The notes under the pieces: generated by a model
The model's database searches: none
What the model saw: only the letters and a program-made list of their open reading frames with translations
What the model was told of the DNA's origin: nothing
Shown here: piece after piece, positions 31,282 through 48,244 of the stretch
Numbering within the stretch: position 1 is the stretch's first letter
Layout of the letters: each line of letters begins with the position of its first letter
Assembly: GCF_009914755.1 (NCBI RefSeq)
Contig: NC_060941.1
Length of the DNA: 64,000 nucleotides
Source: the human T2T-CHM13v2.0 reference genome, Homo sapiens
Direction: 5' to 3' (one strand)
Made by a program: the position numbers and the translations under genes

Positions 31282-34200
31282 AGTGATGGCACATTAACTC
31301 CAACATATAGGTACTATGGGCCTTTTAAATCTATATAACTCTTAGAGCTTATTAAAGTTCCTTTATGTATTATCTCATGTGATTCTCCCCAAGAGGGAAG
31401 AATGACCATTATGTACCATGTAACCTCATGTTACAGGTAGGTAACTAATACTGAGAGAAGTAAAATAATTTATTGAAGGTTGCATGTAGTAGAGATAGTA
31501 ATGCTCACTAAACATTCCATTTGTTCTACATTTCTCAGCTTCCTTAATTAATTTGAGGCCATGTGGTTAACAATGGCCAATGAAATGTGAGTGAAAGTGA
31601 ATAGAGATGCTAGGTGCCTGAAGAGCATAGGACAGTTTTAGACAACAAAGAATTGTCCTGTATCTCATGACTTCTTTGAACCTCGCTGAATAATTATGTA
31701 CATAGAAATCCTGTTTATAATGAGAAAGGAAGAGCAACCCCTACAGCTGTCAGCTGGAAGCTGATTTAGCCCTAATGGCTAGGCTATTATATTCTGTTGA
31801 ATATAAACAATGTTATATAACACCAACATCTGACAAGTCCACTCTGAGTGTGGTGGAGGAAGACAAAAATTAAGACACTCCATAGGCATGTTGGAACTTA
31901 GCAAGATTCTGTGTAAATCATAGAGCGACCAAACATTCTTGTCTCTTGGCTTATATGTGTGATATTTGCTCCATTACCCATTAGATCACTCTGTTCCTTC
32001 TTCCTCCTAGATTAAAAATTTCAATATTTACACTCATTTAGAATTTCCCTTGCTTTCTGAAAGCACTTAATCCAGAGTAAAACCATGATTCATGGAGCCC
32101 TTCTTGAAATCACCCAACACAACCCCAAATCCTTTAAAAAGCCCTTCCCAGCACCCTCATACTGAGGCACCCCATGGTTCCCCATGGTGTGTGATCTCTC
32201 TTGTGTAAAAGTGTGCTGATAAACCCAACTCGATTCAACTGCAGATCTGTTCCTCATGATCTCTGACGGGTGGACATTGACAATAATTTTTTGAGCTTAG
32301 ATTATAACTCCATTTTATATTTTTGTTGTAGATCTGCAGTACTTGATTTGCTCAAAAATGCAATTACCAGTTAAGTGAGGGAAGGTCGTAGTCTTTGTTC
32401 AGTACGTAACCAAGAGTTTTCTATCATTTTAAAAACTGTCACTAGTGGCAACATTGCTCATGGCATTTGAGTTCCAGGTCAAAACTACTGCAGTAGTCTG
32501 CATTTGTAGTGGGCACATTAATGGTAATTATATGTACATGTGCAAGCATCTAATGATTGTGTCATCAGGAGTTTTGGCCATCTCCAGTTTGAATTACACA
32601 TTACCGTAAGTTGCTTCCTTTTATTTGTCTGTTACATTACAGTTAGATATTAAAGATACCTTTAATCATGATAGATGATTTAAAAATATGCCTCACGTAA
32701 GTTATATTGTTTGTGTTTTAGAATAATAAAACATGTTTAAAAATATTTCTGATAAAAAGTGGCTGTGGGCCTGAAGGGGTGAAAACCATTAGTCTACAGT
32801 CATTGATGAACAGTCTGTCCCTTAGGCCCTCTTAGTTGGAGCTGAAGAGTGTATAGATACGAACTTGAACTCTGGTGTTCTAATATTCTGTGTTGCTTAC
32901 TGAAGGTAGATGCCATGTGCTTTGGAAACCAGCATGGACATTCTATGAAATTTGAGAAGAGAAGCAGTTTTCTCATTTAGATGGTCTATCATGGGTGGTA
33001 ATATCTAGTGTTCTAAGTGAATGTAGTAGATGCTGCTTATATTAATTTAAGAGAAATCCTATATATCCCATTAAAAAAAATCGTAGAGAAACATTTCCAG
33101 AATGGTGGAGTATGGATCTTTGAATATCTGATTCTGCATAAAATCAATGAGGACACTGGCAGGAATGATCAAAATAAACTTTTTTAAACTCTGGAAATTA
33201 ACCAAACGATTGCAACAACCCAAAGAAAATGTATTTGAGAAAAAAGCTGACTTTCCGTATGATCAATAAGGTTTGTGGTGTTTTAACTTGTCCTGTCCCC
33301 ATTTTCTTCTCAGCTCCACAGTAGCCTTGAAAATCAGCAACCTTGAGACCACAGTAGCTGTGAAAACCAGTAGCCTAGAAACCACTGAAGGAATTTAGAG
33401 TCCCCCCCAAGATAGGTTTGGAGTTATCCAAGAAGCCCCATCCCCAGAGATTTGTCACTCCTTGACCTGTCTGGCAGCTCCCTGGAATAGTCCCAATCAC
33501 AGGGCTTGTCTTCATTTAACCCAACTCAGGTCACTCAATGAGGAAACTATCCTCAGGTTGTTTGTTATAAACAATTGGTGGCAATTATTTAAACAGCACA
33601 GTTGCCTGACATGGCTATACTAGTTGGGACAAATGAGACTGGCCAGAAAACTTGAAAAAAGGGGAGTGCGATGTCTACAGAGGCTTTGAAAAGTGTCAAA
33701 ATATTCTTGGGAGCTAGAAAGTCAGGTAAAGGTGAGAGACTTATGCTTCAACCACTTAAGGAAATCCCTGTCTAATCATATGCTCAAGACTAAAGTAACC
33801 AAGCAGAGATTTTGGTGACTGCAACATGACAAAGAACACAGACTAAACAGAATTAGTCGAGGAAAGGTACTAGACATACCACCATTGCAATAAAAATAAC
33901 AAATAGTAACAAACTCTACAAAGATGGGGGGTGTGGGACAAATCTGATTTGCAGAGTTGCCACCTTATATTATTTAAATTTTCCAGTTTTCAACAACAAC
34001 AAAAGACGTGAAGAAACAGCAATTACAGCCGCCTATATATGGGGGAAAAAACTTAGAAAACAGAAACCATCCCTGAGAAAACCCAGACATTAGATCTATT
34101 AAACAAAAAGTTTGTCAACCTTTAAATATGCTTTAAAAACTAAAGTAAACCATGGACAAAGAACACGAGAAAGGAAAATAATGTATAAACAAAGTGAAAG

Positions 34201-34785
34201 TATCAGTAAATAGAAAACATGAAAAATTCTGGAGCTGAAAAATTTCTTAGAGGGCTTTACAGATTTAAACAGGCAGAAGAATCAGCAAATTTGAAAATAG
34301 GACAAATGTAATTATCCAGTCCGAGGAACAGAAAGAAAAAAGAATGAAGAGTGAACAGAGCTTGAGGGATCTGTGGCATGCTATCAAGTTACCAACATAT
34401 GCATTAAAGGAGTTCCAGAAAACGAAAAGAAAAAGGCAGAAATAATATTTGAGGAAATAATGGCTGAGACTTCCCAAATTCAATGAAATACATGAGCTAC
34501 ACATTCAAGAAGATCAACAAATTATAACTAGGATAAACTCAGAGATCTATTACTAAACACATTACAATCAAGCTGTCAAAAGCCAGAGACAAAGACAATC
34601 ATTAAAGTAGCAGGAGAAAAACAACTTATCACATACAAGGGATCCTGTGTAAGATTAAATGCCTACCACTCATCAGAAACTACAGAGGTCAGAAGGCTGT
34701 AGAATGACATATTCAAAGTGCTAAAAGAAAAAACTTAACAGAGAATTTTAGATCCAGCAAAACTATCCTTCAAAACTATAAGAAA

Positions 34786-35071
34786 GGATGAGCATGGTGG
34801 CTCACACCTGTAATCCCAGTACTTTAGGAGGCTGAGGCAGGAGGATTGCTTGAGCCCAGGAATTTGAGACCAGCCTGGGCAACATGGCAAAAAGCCATCT
34901 CTATAAAAAATACAACAAACAGCTGGGTGTGGGGGCATGTGCCTGTGGTCCCAGCTACTCAGGAGGCTGAGGCAGGAGGATCACTTGAGTCTGGCAGGTT
35001 GAGGCCTTGATTGTGTCACTGCACCCCTACTTGGGTGACACAGTGAGACACCCTCTCAAAAAAAAAAAAAA
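34786..35071 (+). mobile_element. AluJ-like
   Basis: ggaggattgcttgagccc motifs, A tail. Confidence 0.9.
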
Positions 35072-35728
35072 GTGGAAATTAAAACATACCCAGATAAAAA
35101 CTAAGAATTCACTGCTAGCAGACCTGCCTTACAAGAAATGCTAAAAGACATCCTTCAGACTGAAATGAAAGGACACTAGACAATAACTCCAATCCACATG
35201 AGGAAATAAAAAGCATCATTAAAGGTAACTACATAGGTAAATACGAAATATAGTATAAATGTATTTTTGTTTGTAATTCTTTTCCTGTCTGACCTAAAAG
35301 ACAACTACATAAAGCAATACTTATGAAATAATGTTGATAGGGTTATAACTTATAAAAGATGCAATTTGTATGATGATAATAGCACAAAGGAGGAGGAAGG
35401 GAATAGAGCTATACCAAAGTTTTTGAGTATTATTGAAATTAGGTTGGCATTAATCTGAACCTACTTTATGTTAAGATATTAATCATAGTCCCTAGGGCAA
35501 CCTCTAAGAAAAAAAACTCAAAAAATACAATAAGAGGAACAAGAAGGAAATCAAAATGATATACTAGAAAATACCTATTTAATACAAAAGGCAGTAGTGG
35601 AGAAATTAAATCAAAAGACATAAGATGCATAAAAGGAAAAGAGCAGATATCCCACAAATGACTCCCACCTTATCAGTAATTATATTAGAAGAAAACCAGT
35701 TAAATAATTCAGTCAAAAGACAGATTTG

Positions 35729-36027
35729 CGGCTGGGCACAGTGGCTCACGCCTGTAATCCCAGCACTTTGGGAGGTCTAGGTGAGCGGATCACTTGAGGT
35801 CAGGAGTTCAAGACCAGACTGGCCAACACGGTGAAACCCCATCTCTGCTAAAAATGCAAAAATTAGCTGGGTGTGGTGGTGGGCACCTGTAATCCCAACT
35901 ACTCTGGAGGCTGAGGGATGAGAATCACTTGAACCCAGGAGGCGGAGGTTGCAGTGAGCTGAGATCACACCACTGGACTCCAGCGTGGGTGACAGCGAGA
36001 CTCCATCTCAAAAAAAACCCAAAAAAC
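35729..36027 (+). mobile_element. Alu (S-type)
   Basis: Full Alu. Confidence 0.95.
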
Positions 36028-36376
36028 AGATCGGCAAAAAACATGATCCAACTATATGTTGTCTACAAGAGGCACACTTTAGATTCAAAGACACAGGTAG
36101 AAAGTGAAAGTATAGAAACAGATATACCATGCAAGCAGCAATCAAAAGATAGCTGGAGTGACTATGCCAATGTCAAACAGTAGATTTTAAGGCAAAAACT
36201 GTTTCAAGGGACAAAGAAGGACATCACACATTGGTAAAAGGACCAATTCATCAGAAAAACATAACACTTAAAAACAAATATGCACTTAAAAAATCCCACA
36301 CATGAAACAAAAGCTGACAAAACTCTCCATAATGAATAATTATTAACAACTGAATAATTATTAACAATTAATTTAC

Positions 36377-36670
36377 TTTTTTTTTTTTGAGACAGAGTCT
36401 CACTCTATCACCCAGGCTGGAGTGCAGTGGTGCTGACTCGGCTCACTGCGACCCCCCCGCTCCCAGGTTCAAGCAATTCTCCTGCCTCAGCCTCCCGAGT
36501 AGCTGGGATTACAGGCCTGCACCACCATGCCAGGCTAATTTTTGTATTTTTAGTAGAGATAGGATTTCACCATGTTGGCCAGGCTGGTCTCAAACTCCTG
36601 ACCTCAAGTGATCTGCCTCCCTTGGCTTCCCAAAGTGCTGGGATTACAGGCGTGAGCCTCTGAGCCTGGC
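36377..36670 (-). mobile_element. Alu (S-type)
   Basis: Antisense Alu; TSD ataa(t/c)aatttact. Confidence 0.95.
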
Positions 36671-36939
36671 ATAACAATTTACTCTTAATAATTATTAATA
36701 ACTAAATGAGATAATCCACATAAAAGAGTAAGCTTAGTCCCAGGTACACGGTAAGCACTTGATAATGATAACTCTTATTTAGAAAGAAAAACTGAGTTGC
36801 TTTGCTAGTTAAAGGTAAAGAAGTCAGAAAATCTAACAATAGTGGCTGGAGACATCAACACTTCATTTATAATAATGCATAGAAGTAGGCAGATGATTAG
36901 GAAAAAGAGGATTCAAAAGCACTATAAACAAACTAAATC

Positions 36940-37227
36940 TGCCAGGCACGGTGGCTGATTTCTGTAATCCCAGCACTTTGGGAGGCTGAGGCGGGCAGGT
37001 CACTTGAGGTCAGGAGTTCGAGACCAGCCTGGCCAACATGGTGAAACCCCGTCTCTGCTAAAAATACAAAAATTAGCTGGGTGTGGTGGCGCATGCCTGT
37101 AATCCCAGCTACTTGGGAGGCTGAGGCAGGATGAACTCGGGAGGTGGAAGCTTCGGTGAGCCAAGATCACGCCACGGCACTCCAGCCTGGGTGACAAATG
37201 AGACTCCATCTCAAACAAACAAAAAAA
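36940..37227 (+). mobile_element. Alu (S-type)
   Basis: Full Alu. Confidence 0.95.
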
Positions 37228-40114
37228 CCCAACAGACATCTGTAGAGACTCTGTCCAACAACAGCAGAATACACATTCTACTCAAATGAACATGGAACAT
37301 TTTCCACGATAGACTATATGTTAGGCCATAAAACAGGCTTCAATAAATTTAAAATAATCGAAGTCATACAAAGTATAATCTTTGGTCAAAATGGAATTAA
37401 ATTAGAAATGAACAACACAAGGGAATTTGGGAAATTCACAAAGATGTGAAAATTAAACAACATACTGCTAAATAACCAGTGGGTCAAAGAAGAAATCACA
37501 AGGGAAATTAGAAAATACTTTGAGATTAATGAAAATGAAAACACAACATACCAACACTTATGGGATGCAGCTATAACAGTGTTTATAGAGAAATCCATAA
37601 CTGTAAACACTTATTTTTTTTTAAACAAGACATCTCAAATCAAGTCTCACCTTTCATCTTAAGAAACTAGAAGATGACCATAGTAAATCAAAGTAAGCAG
37701 AAGGAAGGAAATAATAGATTAGAAAGGAAAGAAAAAACATAAAGACTTGAAAAACAGTAGAGAAAACAACAAAACTAGAAGTTGGTTCTTTGAAAGGATT
37801 AGCAAAATTGACAAACCTGGAATCAGATTGAAAGAAAAGATACCACTACTGTTTACTGAAAAAGCAATCCTTACTGAATGCTTTTGTAAAGCGATTGGTT
37901 ATCCCAATAGAATATACATCACTTTACACCTATTTTTTGTGTGAACATTCTGTTATGTAAGCATTCGAACATTGTTTTTCTCCAAAAAGTGCTTTCCACG
38001 AATTGTTTCATCCTCGTGACATTCTTAGAATGCAGAAGCTGTTGTATTTAGTAAACTGTAATCATTAAGAACTTGTATTTGATTCAGGCAGATCTGAGTT
38101 GTGGATCCAGTTCAATATCCTTTTTTAGATTTTGAGAAAGTCACTTATCCCATTTTTACAGATGAAGCAGCAGGCTGAGAGTCATAAGCACAAGTAAATA
38201 CTTACCCTCGAGGTGGGAGGAGCTTGTGAGGATTAAATGAGATAACTCATGTAAAATGTTCAGTATAGTCCCAAGCCCACAGTAAGCCCTCGATAATGGT
38301 AACTTGCTCAGATGGAAAACCGAATTGCTAAGCTAAAGGTGCAGCAGTCAGGGGAGCTAACCCCTAGTTAAGTGGCTCCTCTTTTAATTTAGATTCTCAT
38401 CTAGTATATGGCATGGATAATCCAAATGCAGCAAAACAGTCAATTATAGGAAAGAATGCTGATTTCATTTTATTTTTTATTTTGTTTAGAACAAGTTAAA
38501 GATAGAAGAAAAACTTTAAACAAAATAAATGTAACGGAGCAAAGAATGATTCATGGGAATTGGGCTTTGCTCTGAAACATGGGCAGTGAGTATTTACAGG
38601 CAGAAAAAGGCTGAAGAATGCAGAAACAAAGAACACAAAGTGGATTGGTTTTTTCAAAGTTACTTTCCTTGTGAAGGTTAAAGTAGGGGGACTTCCTTAT
38701 CAGGCAGGCTAAAACTGGCTGTTCGGAGATGTGGCTATTATCTCCCTCTCACTCCTGATTTCTTGGAAGGTCAGATAACAATGTAGTTTTGGCTTGGTGG
38801 CCTGGAACTTCACCGTGAGTAACTCCATTTTGGTTTGGTCTACTGGGGCCTAGTGCAGGAACTTACTTCAAACCAACGACCTCCTATAAATTTTTTTAAC
38901 AGAGATCATAAGTTTATGAGCCAGTAACTTACTATAGCATTCATTTCTAATTTATAGTTAAAACACATCCTGTTATTTATTTTTTTCACATAATCGTTGA
39001 AATTCAACACAGCTACGAATGAGTCTTAATGTTTTTTAAACATTTCTTCTAGGATGTTGCCTTTCTCCCCAAGCCCCAGTTCCCTCTTGCTTGTAGCTTG
39101 CACTTGGTCCTCTAGATGGCAATATACTAACATATGATGTAAATGAAACCAACGCATCCTGGAGCAGCCAATTTACTTGGTTTAGTAAGAAATGATGGTT
39201 TTCCTACAAGTGGTGAGTTAGGACTAAATCCATGCATCTTATTGTGAAATTAGTCAAAATCAGTGCCAGGGAATGAATAGATGCTGAATAAATAAGTACA
39301 ATATAATACCCACAATGTACAGAGATCAAGCAAGACAGGTACCGTAGACACAGTCAGACATAAGAAGAACTATGAGTGCTATGTGTCTACCTTCCTGATC
39401 TTGGCAAACCCTGCCATTTAACAAGTGAGGAAACTGAGGATTGGGGGATCAGTAGCTTTCCCGGGGTCATATAACTAGAGAGAGGTGAAGCCAGGACTTG
39501 TCAATGGTGAGGCTTCGATGATGAGCTTGAATTTAAGATATGTCAGATTTGAAGCCAATGGAGCATATCAAATTAGCAAAGTGCAGTGGAAACCTGGAAC
39601 TCAACCTCAGGATTAGGCCAAAGGTATACATTTAAGAGGCATCTCTGTAGAGCAGAGTCGAAGCTGTAACAATGTAGGAGTGGTCTACAGCAACTGTGTC
39701 TGTTAAAGAGCTGATAACTGAAGTGTAATTCCCAAAGACCAAGGTGATATGGCAGCGGGTAAAGGGCATACGCAGTGCAGACAAACATGAGTTTAAATCC
39801 TGGCTTCATATTTACTTGCTGTGTTGGTCATGGGCATTTAACCTCTTAAATATCGTGAGATACTTAATCTCTTTGACTCTTTGCAATAACCCTGTGAGGG
39901 AGATACTACCTCCATTTTACAGATGAAAACTGAGGGTTAGAGAATGTAGGAGTTGACCCAAGGTCAGGGTGCATCTAGTACATGATGGATCCAAGGTTCC
40001 TATCTGGACAGTCTGCCTTAGGCTTACAGTGCTAAGCACCACATGCAGTTTCCCCAATCATACACCTTAGGACACCACCTTTGTATGTGGGTCTCGTGCC
40101 AGAGATGAACGTGG

Positions 40115-40149
40115 GCGCATGCACATGCGCGCATGCGCGCGCGCGCACG

Positions 40150-40187
<38 letters not shown>
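40115..40187. repeat. Compound (GC)n/(CA)n alternating purine-pyrimidine tract
   Basis: 73 nt of uninterrupted R/Y alternation including (GC)6. Confidence 0.95.
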
Positions 40188-40189
<2 letters not shown>

Positions 40190-40534
40190 GAGAGATTTAT
40201 TTCAAGGAGTTGGCTTACACAGTTGTGGGAACTGACAAATCCAAATTCTGTCGGGCAGGCCAGCAGGCTGGAACTCTCAAGCAGGAGCTGATGTTGCAAT
40301 CTTGAGGTCAACTTTCTACTTCCTCAGGAAAATCTTAGTTTTGTTCATAAGGCCTTTAACTGACTGGCTGAGACATTCCCACACAGTAAAAGAGCAACCT
40401 GTTTTACTCAATGTTAACAGATTGTAGATGTTAGCCACATCTATAAAATAGCTTCAAAGCAAACAACACCTACATTAGTGTTTGATTAAATAACTCAGTA
40501 CTAGCCAAGCTGACACAAAAAATTAACCATCACA
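40188..40534. mobile_element. MLT2 (ERVL) LTR part
   Basis: gagatttatttcaaggagttggcttacacagttgtgg ... aaaattaaccatcaca. Confidence 0.8.
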
Positions 40535-41740
40535 CGCTTCCAGCTGTCTGTAAACGCTATGACAGCAGGAAGCCTATCTTTGTCATTCGCCTTCCCATTG
40601 TCAGTGCATGACCCAGTGCCGGGCACCTAATGGCACTCAATAAACATTTATTGGGCATGTGCCCGCCTTTTAACAGTGTAGGTGAAAGCCATTGTATACA
40701 TGCTGTTTTCAACTGCTGACCTGTGCTAGGTACAGATTTTCAGTGTGTTCAACTCACACATTACTTTCTCTGGGGCTCCCTGGATGGAGCAGTGGAAGGA
40801 CTGATCTCAAAGCAGGAGACAGAGACACCTCCTTCCTGGAGATCTGGCTTGGCCAACTGGGTAGTTTTCCTTTTCAGAAGATGAAGCAACTGATGGTCAT
40901 TGCCAGAGCCAGGAGGAGGAGGGCTGCCACTGCCAAGAGCCGAGTGGTGGTCCTGGTAGGACACTGCTCATGCACTGTGTCTGTTCTTAGGTTTCAGCTG
41001 GCATCTGTTTCCAGCTCTTGGTGCTATTTGCAACCTTGTATCTTAGGATGAAGGCATAAAGGTTTTCAAGCAGCAAAACCTTCCAGGGTTAGATAAGAGT
41101 GTTTCACTGTGGATCTGTGAGCACCTATAGCCACTGTGTGCATCCCTCTGGGACCCCAGCAACTGCTTCTGAGAAAACAGAGGGATGGAGAAGAGGACGC
41201 CACCCAGATGGTGGAAACATCTATCAAAAGTTAGGATGTCCTCTAGAAAGCCTCTTTGGGTGTCTGATTTCATATCTCCTTCCTCATCAGAGAATGGCGT
41301 CGCCTCCTATTTGATGAGAATTTAAACACATCTAGAACATGTGCTTACCTTTTCCTATCTCCTGTCTCTGGGATCACATCATACTGCCTCCAAGAATCCT
41401 GTCCTTAACCCCCTTCCTTAGAATTTACAGCATAGCCTGGAAACAACCAAGCATTCATCTTTATTCTAAAGTACCTAGAACAGAGCTGGATCTGTGACAC
41501 ATATTCAAAGGCTGTTTAATCAAACAGGAAAAACTCATATTTGGAGTAGGGAGTAGGGGGAGGCAAAATGGTACTCTCAATGAATTATAATATTTTAAAA
41601 TTTGTCTAATAGAGAGTATAAAACAAACCAGAGAAGCATAAAGGAAGGTCATGCTAATTTTCATGAGGTATTTTCTAACTCCAGGAACAAAATGGTGAAA
41701 GGGCATTCTAAGTCAAAGGAATTTATCATGTAAAGACGGG

Positions 41741-41744
<4 letters not shown>

Positions 41745-41773
<29 letters not shown>
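41745..41773. repeat. (AC)n microsatellite
   Basis: Directly visible. Confidence 0.98.
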
Positions 41774-41775
<2 letters not shown>

Positions 41776-41923
41776 ACTCTGCTACAACCACAAGAAACAC
41801 TTTGTTGTTCTTCAAATGCACCAAGCTCTCTTCAGCAGTGTTTTGTAGTGCGTATAGGACATCTTTGAAATATTCTGGATATTTAATCTTTGTCTTCTTG
41901 GCATGTTAAAAATATCTTCTGGC

Positions 41924-42846
<923 letters not shown>

Positions 42847-42856
42847 TCACGTTTAA

Positions 42857-45140
<2,284 letters not shown>

Positions 45141-45449
45141 TTTATAATATCACAGTTAACGGTAAAATGTTGAAAGCTTTGTTTGAACATGCGTGGATGT
45201 CCACTTTCAGCCATAATGTGATAACAAGAACCAGACTTATCCTCCCACTGTGAGTAACTAGAAAGTGGACAAGATACATAAAATAACTTATTTCAGGAAG
45301 TACATGATTGTGATCCCTGGGAAAATGGACATAAGTGAAAAGAACCCTATAATTGCCTTGGCTTTCTACCTGGAGGCAATTTCTGACAATAGGATAAGGG
45401 AGGAGGAATCTAAATAGAGCCTGAAATCCTCTCTGAGTTGAGAAGATCA

Positions 45450-45860
45450 AAGATGACCCAAAAAAGGGAACCCAGAGGACGTTAGGTGATCTGAAACCAT
45501 GTCATCTGGAAAATAGTTAGAAGTCCTGGGCTGTTTAACTGGCAGTAGGGAAGACTGAGGGGCAATATGAAAACTGTCTTTAGAGATTAGAAAAACTGTC
45601 ATGTTGAACAGGGGTTGTTTGTGTTCTGTATGGCCCTGAAAGACAGAGTTTAGGACAGCTGGATGGAAATGAGAGAAAGAGGATTTTGGTGAAATCCAAG
45701 GAAACACTTTCTAGCAATCATGGTTGATCAGGCTGGAGTGGGCAGCCTTCCTCAGCTGGCGGATGAAGGCACTGAGCAAGCATGCTGGGTTGTTGCTGAA
45801 GGAGCTTCTGTAGTGGCAAGTGACCAAGCTAAATGGCATCCAGGGTCCCTTTTACTCTTA
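45450..45860 (+). mobile_element. L3/CR1 LINE 3' fragment
   Basis: ctgggctgtttaac...gaagactgagggg...ggaaacactttcta CR1-type motifs. Confidence 0.65.
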
Positions 45861-45928
45861 AAGTTTTTCATAGTTTGGTTTGCATAGCTTGGCCTCCATA
45901 AAAGGCAGCTGTTACCAAATGACAGTGC

Positions 45929-46225
45929 TTTTTGTTTGTTTGTTTGAGACAGAGTCTCGCTGTCGCCCAGGCTGGAGTGCAGTGGTGCGATCTTGGCTCA
46001 CTGCAGGCTCCACCCCCTGGGGTTCATGCCATTCTCTTGCCTCAGCCTCCAGAGTAGCTGGGACTACAGGCGCCCGCCACCCAGCCCGGCTAATTTTTTG
46101 TATTTTTAGTAGAGACGGGGTTTCACCGTGTTAGCCAGGATGGTCTCGATCTCCTGACCTCGTGATCCGTCCGCCTCGGCCTCCCAAAGTGCTGGGATTA
46201 CAGACGTGAGCCACTGTGCCCGGCC
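45929..46225 (-). mobile_element. AluY, no visible TSD
   Basis: CpG-rich antisense Alu; flanks (gacagtgc and aagaaaaaagat) share no repeat. Confidence 0.93.
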
Positions 46226-46365
46226 AAGAAAAAGATATTTTTGAGTTAGTAAGTTGTATGTTTTCTTTATAGTCACATTATAATGAATTAGACTTGTTAT
46301 GAAATTGGAACTTCTATTTAATTTTTAAAATAAATGACTTATGTTTAGTAAATGAATATCAATCA

Positions 46366-46801
46366 CAATTGACCCTTAACAATGTGGAATTTAGGGATGC
46401 TTGATTCCCTCTGCAGTCAAACATCTGTGTATAAATTTTGACTCCCCCAAGAACGTAACTACTAATAGCTAACTGTTGACCAGCAGCCTTATTGATAACA
46501 TAAACAGTCAATTAAGATATGTTTGGTATGGTATATGTATTAATATGCTGTATTCTTACAATAAAGGAAGCTAGGGAAATAAACTGTTAAGAAAATCATA
46601 AGGCAGAAAAAATACGCTTACTGTTCATTAAATGCAAGTGGATCATTCTATAACTCTTCATCATAGTCTTCAAGTTGAGCAGGCTAAGGAGAAGGAGGAA
46701 GAGGAAGATTAGTCTTCGCTGTCTCAGGTGGTAGAGGTGGGAGAAAATCTGCTCATAAGTAGACCCCTGCAGTTCAAATCCGTGTTGTTCAAAGGCTAAC
46801 T
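46366..46801. mobile_element. Tigger2-type DNA transposon
   Basis: caattgacccttaaca ... tgttgttcaaaggctaact TIR-like ends. Confidence 0.7.
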
Positions 46802-46910
46802 ATATTACATAGTGATTTGTGTCACTAAAAAAAAGAAATTAGTTTCAAAACTGGAAACTCAGCAATACCTTTCTGGCACCATAAACAAATGGCAATAAGA
46901 ACCGTGAAAT

Positions 46911-47217
46911 GGCCAGGTGTGCTGCCCAGACCTGTAGTCCCAGCAAGTTGGGAGGCCTAGGTGGGAGGATCGCTTGTGTCCAGAAGTTCCAGACCAGCCT
47001 GGGTGACAGAGTGAGACCACATCTCTACAAAAACAAATACAAAATTAGCTGGGTGTTTTGGTGCACACCTGTAATCCCAGCTACTTGGGAGACTGAGATG
47101 GGAGGATCGCTTGAGCCTGGGAGTCAAGGCTATAGTGAGCTGTGATCATGATCACAACCTGGATGACAGAGTGAGACCCTGTCTCAGAAAAAAACAAAAA
47201 CAAAAACACAAACAAAA
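46911..47217 (+). mobile_element. AluJ-like
   Basis: Diverged full Alu. Confidence 0.9.
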
Positions 47218-47923
47218 CCCTGCCAAACATACCCAATGTGCACTAATACTAATGGGAAATTATTTTTTAAAGAGACCTTCTGAGTGCAGAAGTCAGAAAA
47301 GCAATTCCTTGTTGAGAAGAACAGGTCATGTTACATACTTATAAACCAACAAGGTGTCACTATTATTGACTTTCCCCCAATTTGAAATCGAATGAGGTAT
47401 ATTTACTTCATTAGAACAAGATGTGTTTTTCTACCTGCTGGTTAATTGCTATGTTAACAGTAATTTTGTTAGAACAAGATATGCTGTTACCATTAGCCAA
47501 AAGATTATCATAATAAATATTCAAATAGCCCAACTCTAGGCTCAACAAATTATAATGGAAGTATAAAAATGTTTCACAATAACAAAAAATGCTTCTGTGC
47601 TTCCAAGATGTGATGCCTAATGCATTGGACAATCTGAACTGTAAGAGGACACCTTTAATTTAGTACATATTAATCAAAGAACTTCTCTAAGTTAGGTTTT
47701 GCACGTTATGGGAGACAAACATGAAATAGACATAGTTTTGGTCTTTGAGGTGCTCATAATAGAATAGAGCTTTCTCTATTTAATTTCTGTGTTTTTTCCA
47801 ACAGAATTTTCAAGGAAATCATTTATTCATTTGTCCACTTAACAAATAATTATCAAATGTCTTTTAGTACTAAGCTTTTTTTTTCTAATGTTACAGAATA
47901 CAGACATTTAAAAATACTGTTGG

Positions 47924-48244
47924 GGCCAGCACAGTGGTGCATGCCTGTAATCTCACCACTTTGGGAGGCTGAGATGGGAGGATCACTTGAGCCCAGAAGT
48001 TCGAGACCAGCCCGGGCAACATGACAAGACCTCATCTCTACTAAATTTTTTAAAAAACAATAAAACATTAGCTGGGCATGGTGCCAGGTGCCTGTACTTC
48101 CAGCTACTTGGGAGGCTGAGGTGGGAGGATTGCTTGAGCCTGGGTGTTTGAGGCTACAGTGAGCTATGATCATGCCACTGCACTCGTGTCTGGGTAACAG
48201 AGTGAGACCCTGTCTCAAAAAAGAAAAAAAACAAACCAACAAAA
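47924..48244 (+). mobile_element. AluJ-like
   Basis: Diverged full Alu. Confidence 0.9.

Larger units (their letters stand above)
33080..37820 (+). mobile_element. Old L1M element (5' region, ORF1, start of ORF2), degenerate, with four Alus inserted
   Basis: ORF1-like gaggaaataatggctgagacttcccaaat and ccagcaaaactatccttcaaa; ORF2-like acagcagaatacacattc..catggaacatt, gggtcaaagaagaaatcacaagggaaatt, ttggttctttgaaagg. Confidence 0.85.

Noticed and set aside
33080-37820. L1 ORF1/ORF2 as coding sequence
   Set aside because: Many stops, frameshifts and Alu insertions.
38485-38900. Possible ERV LTR remnant (also about 31780-32280)
   Set aside because: LTR-like motifs, but I cannot assign family or boundaries reliably by eye.
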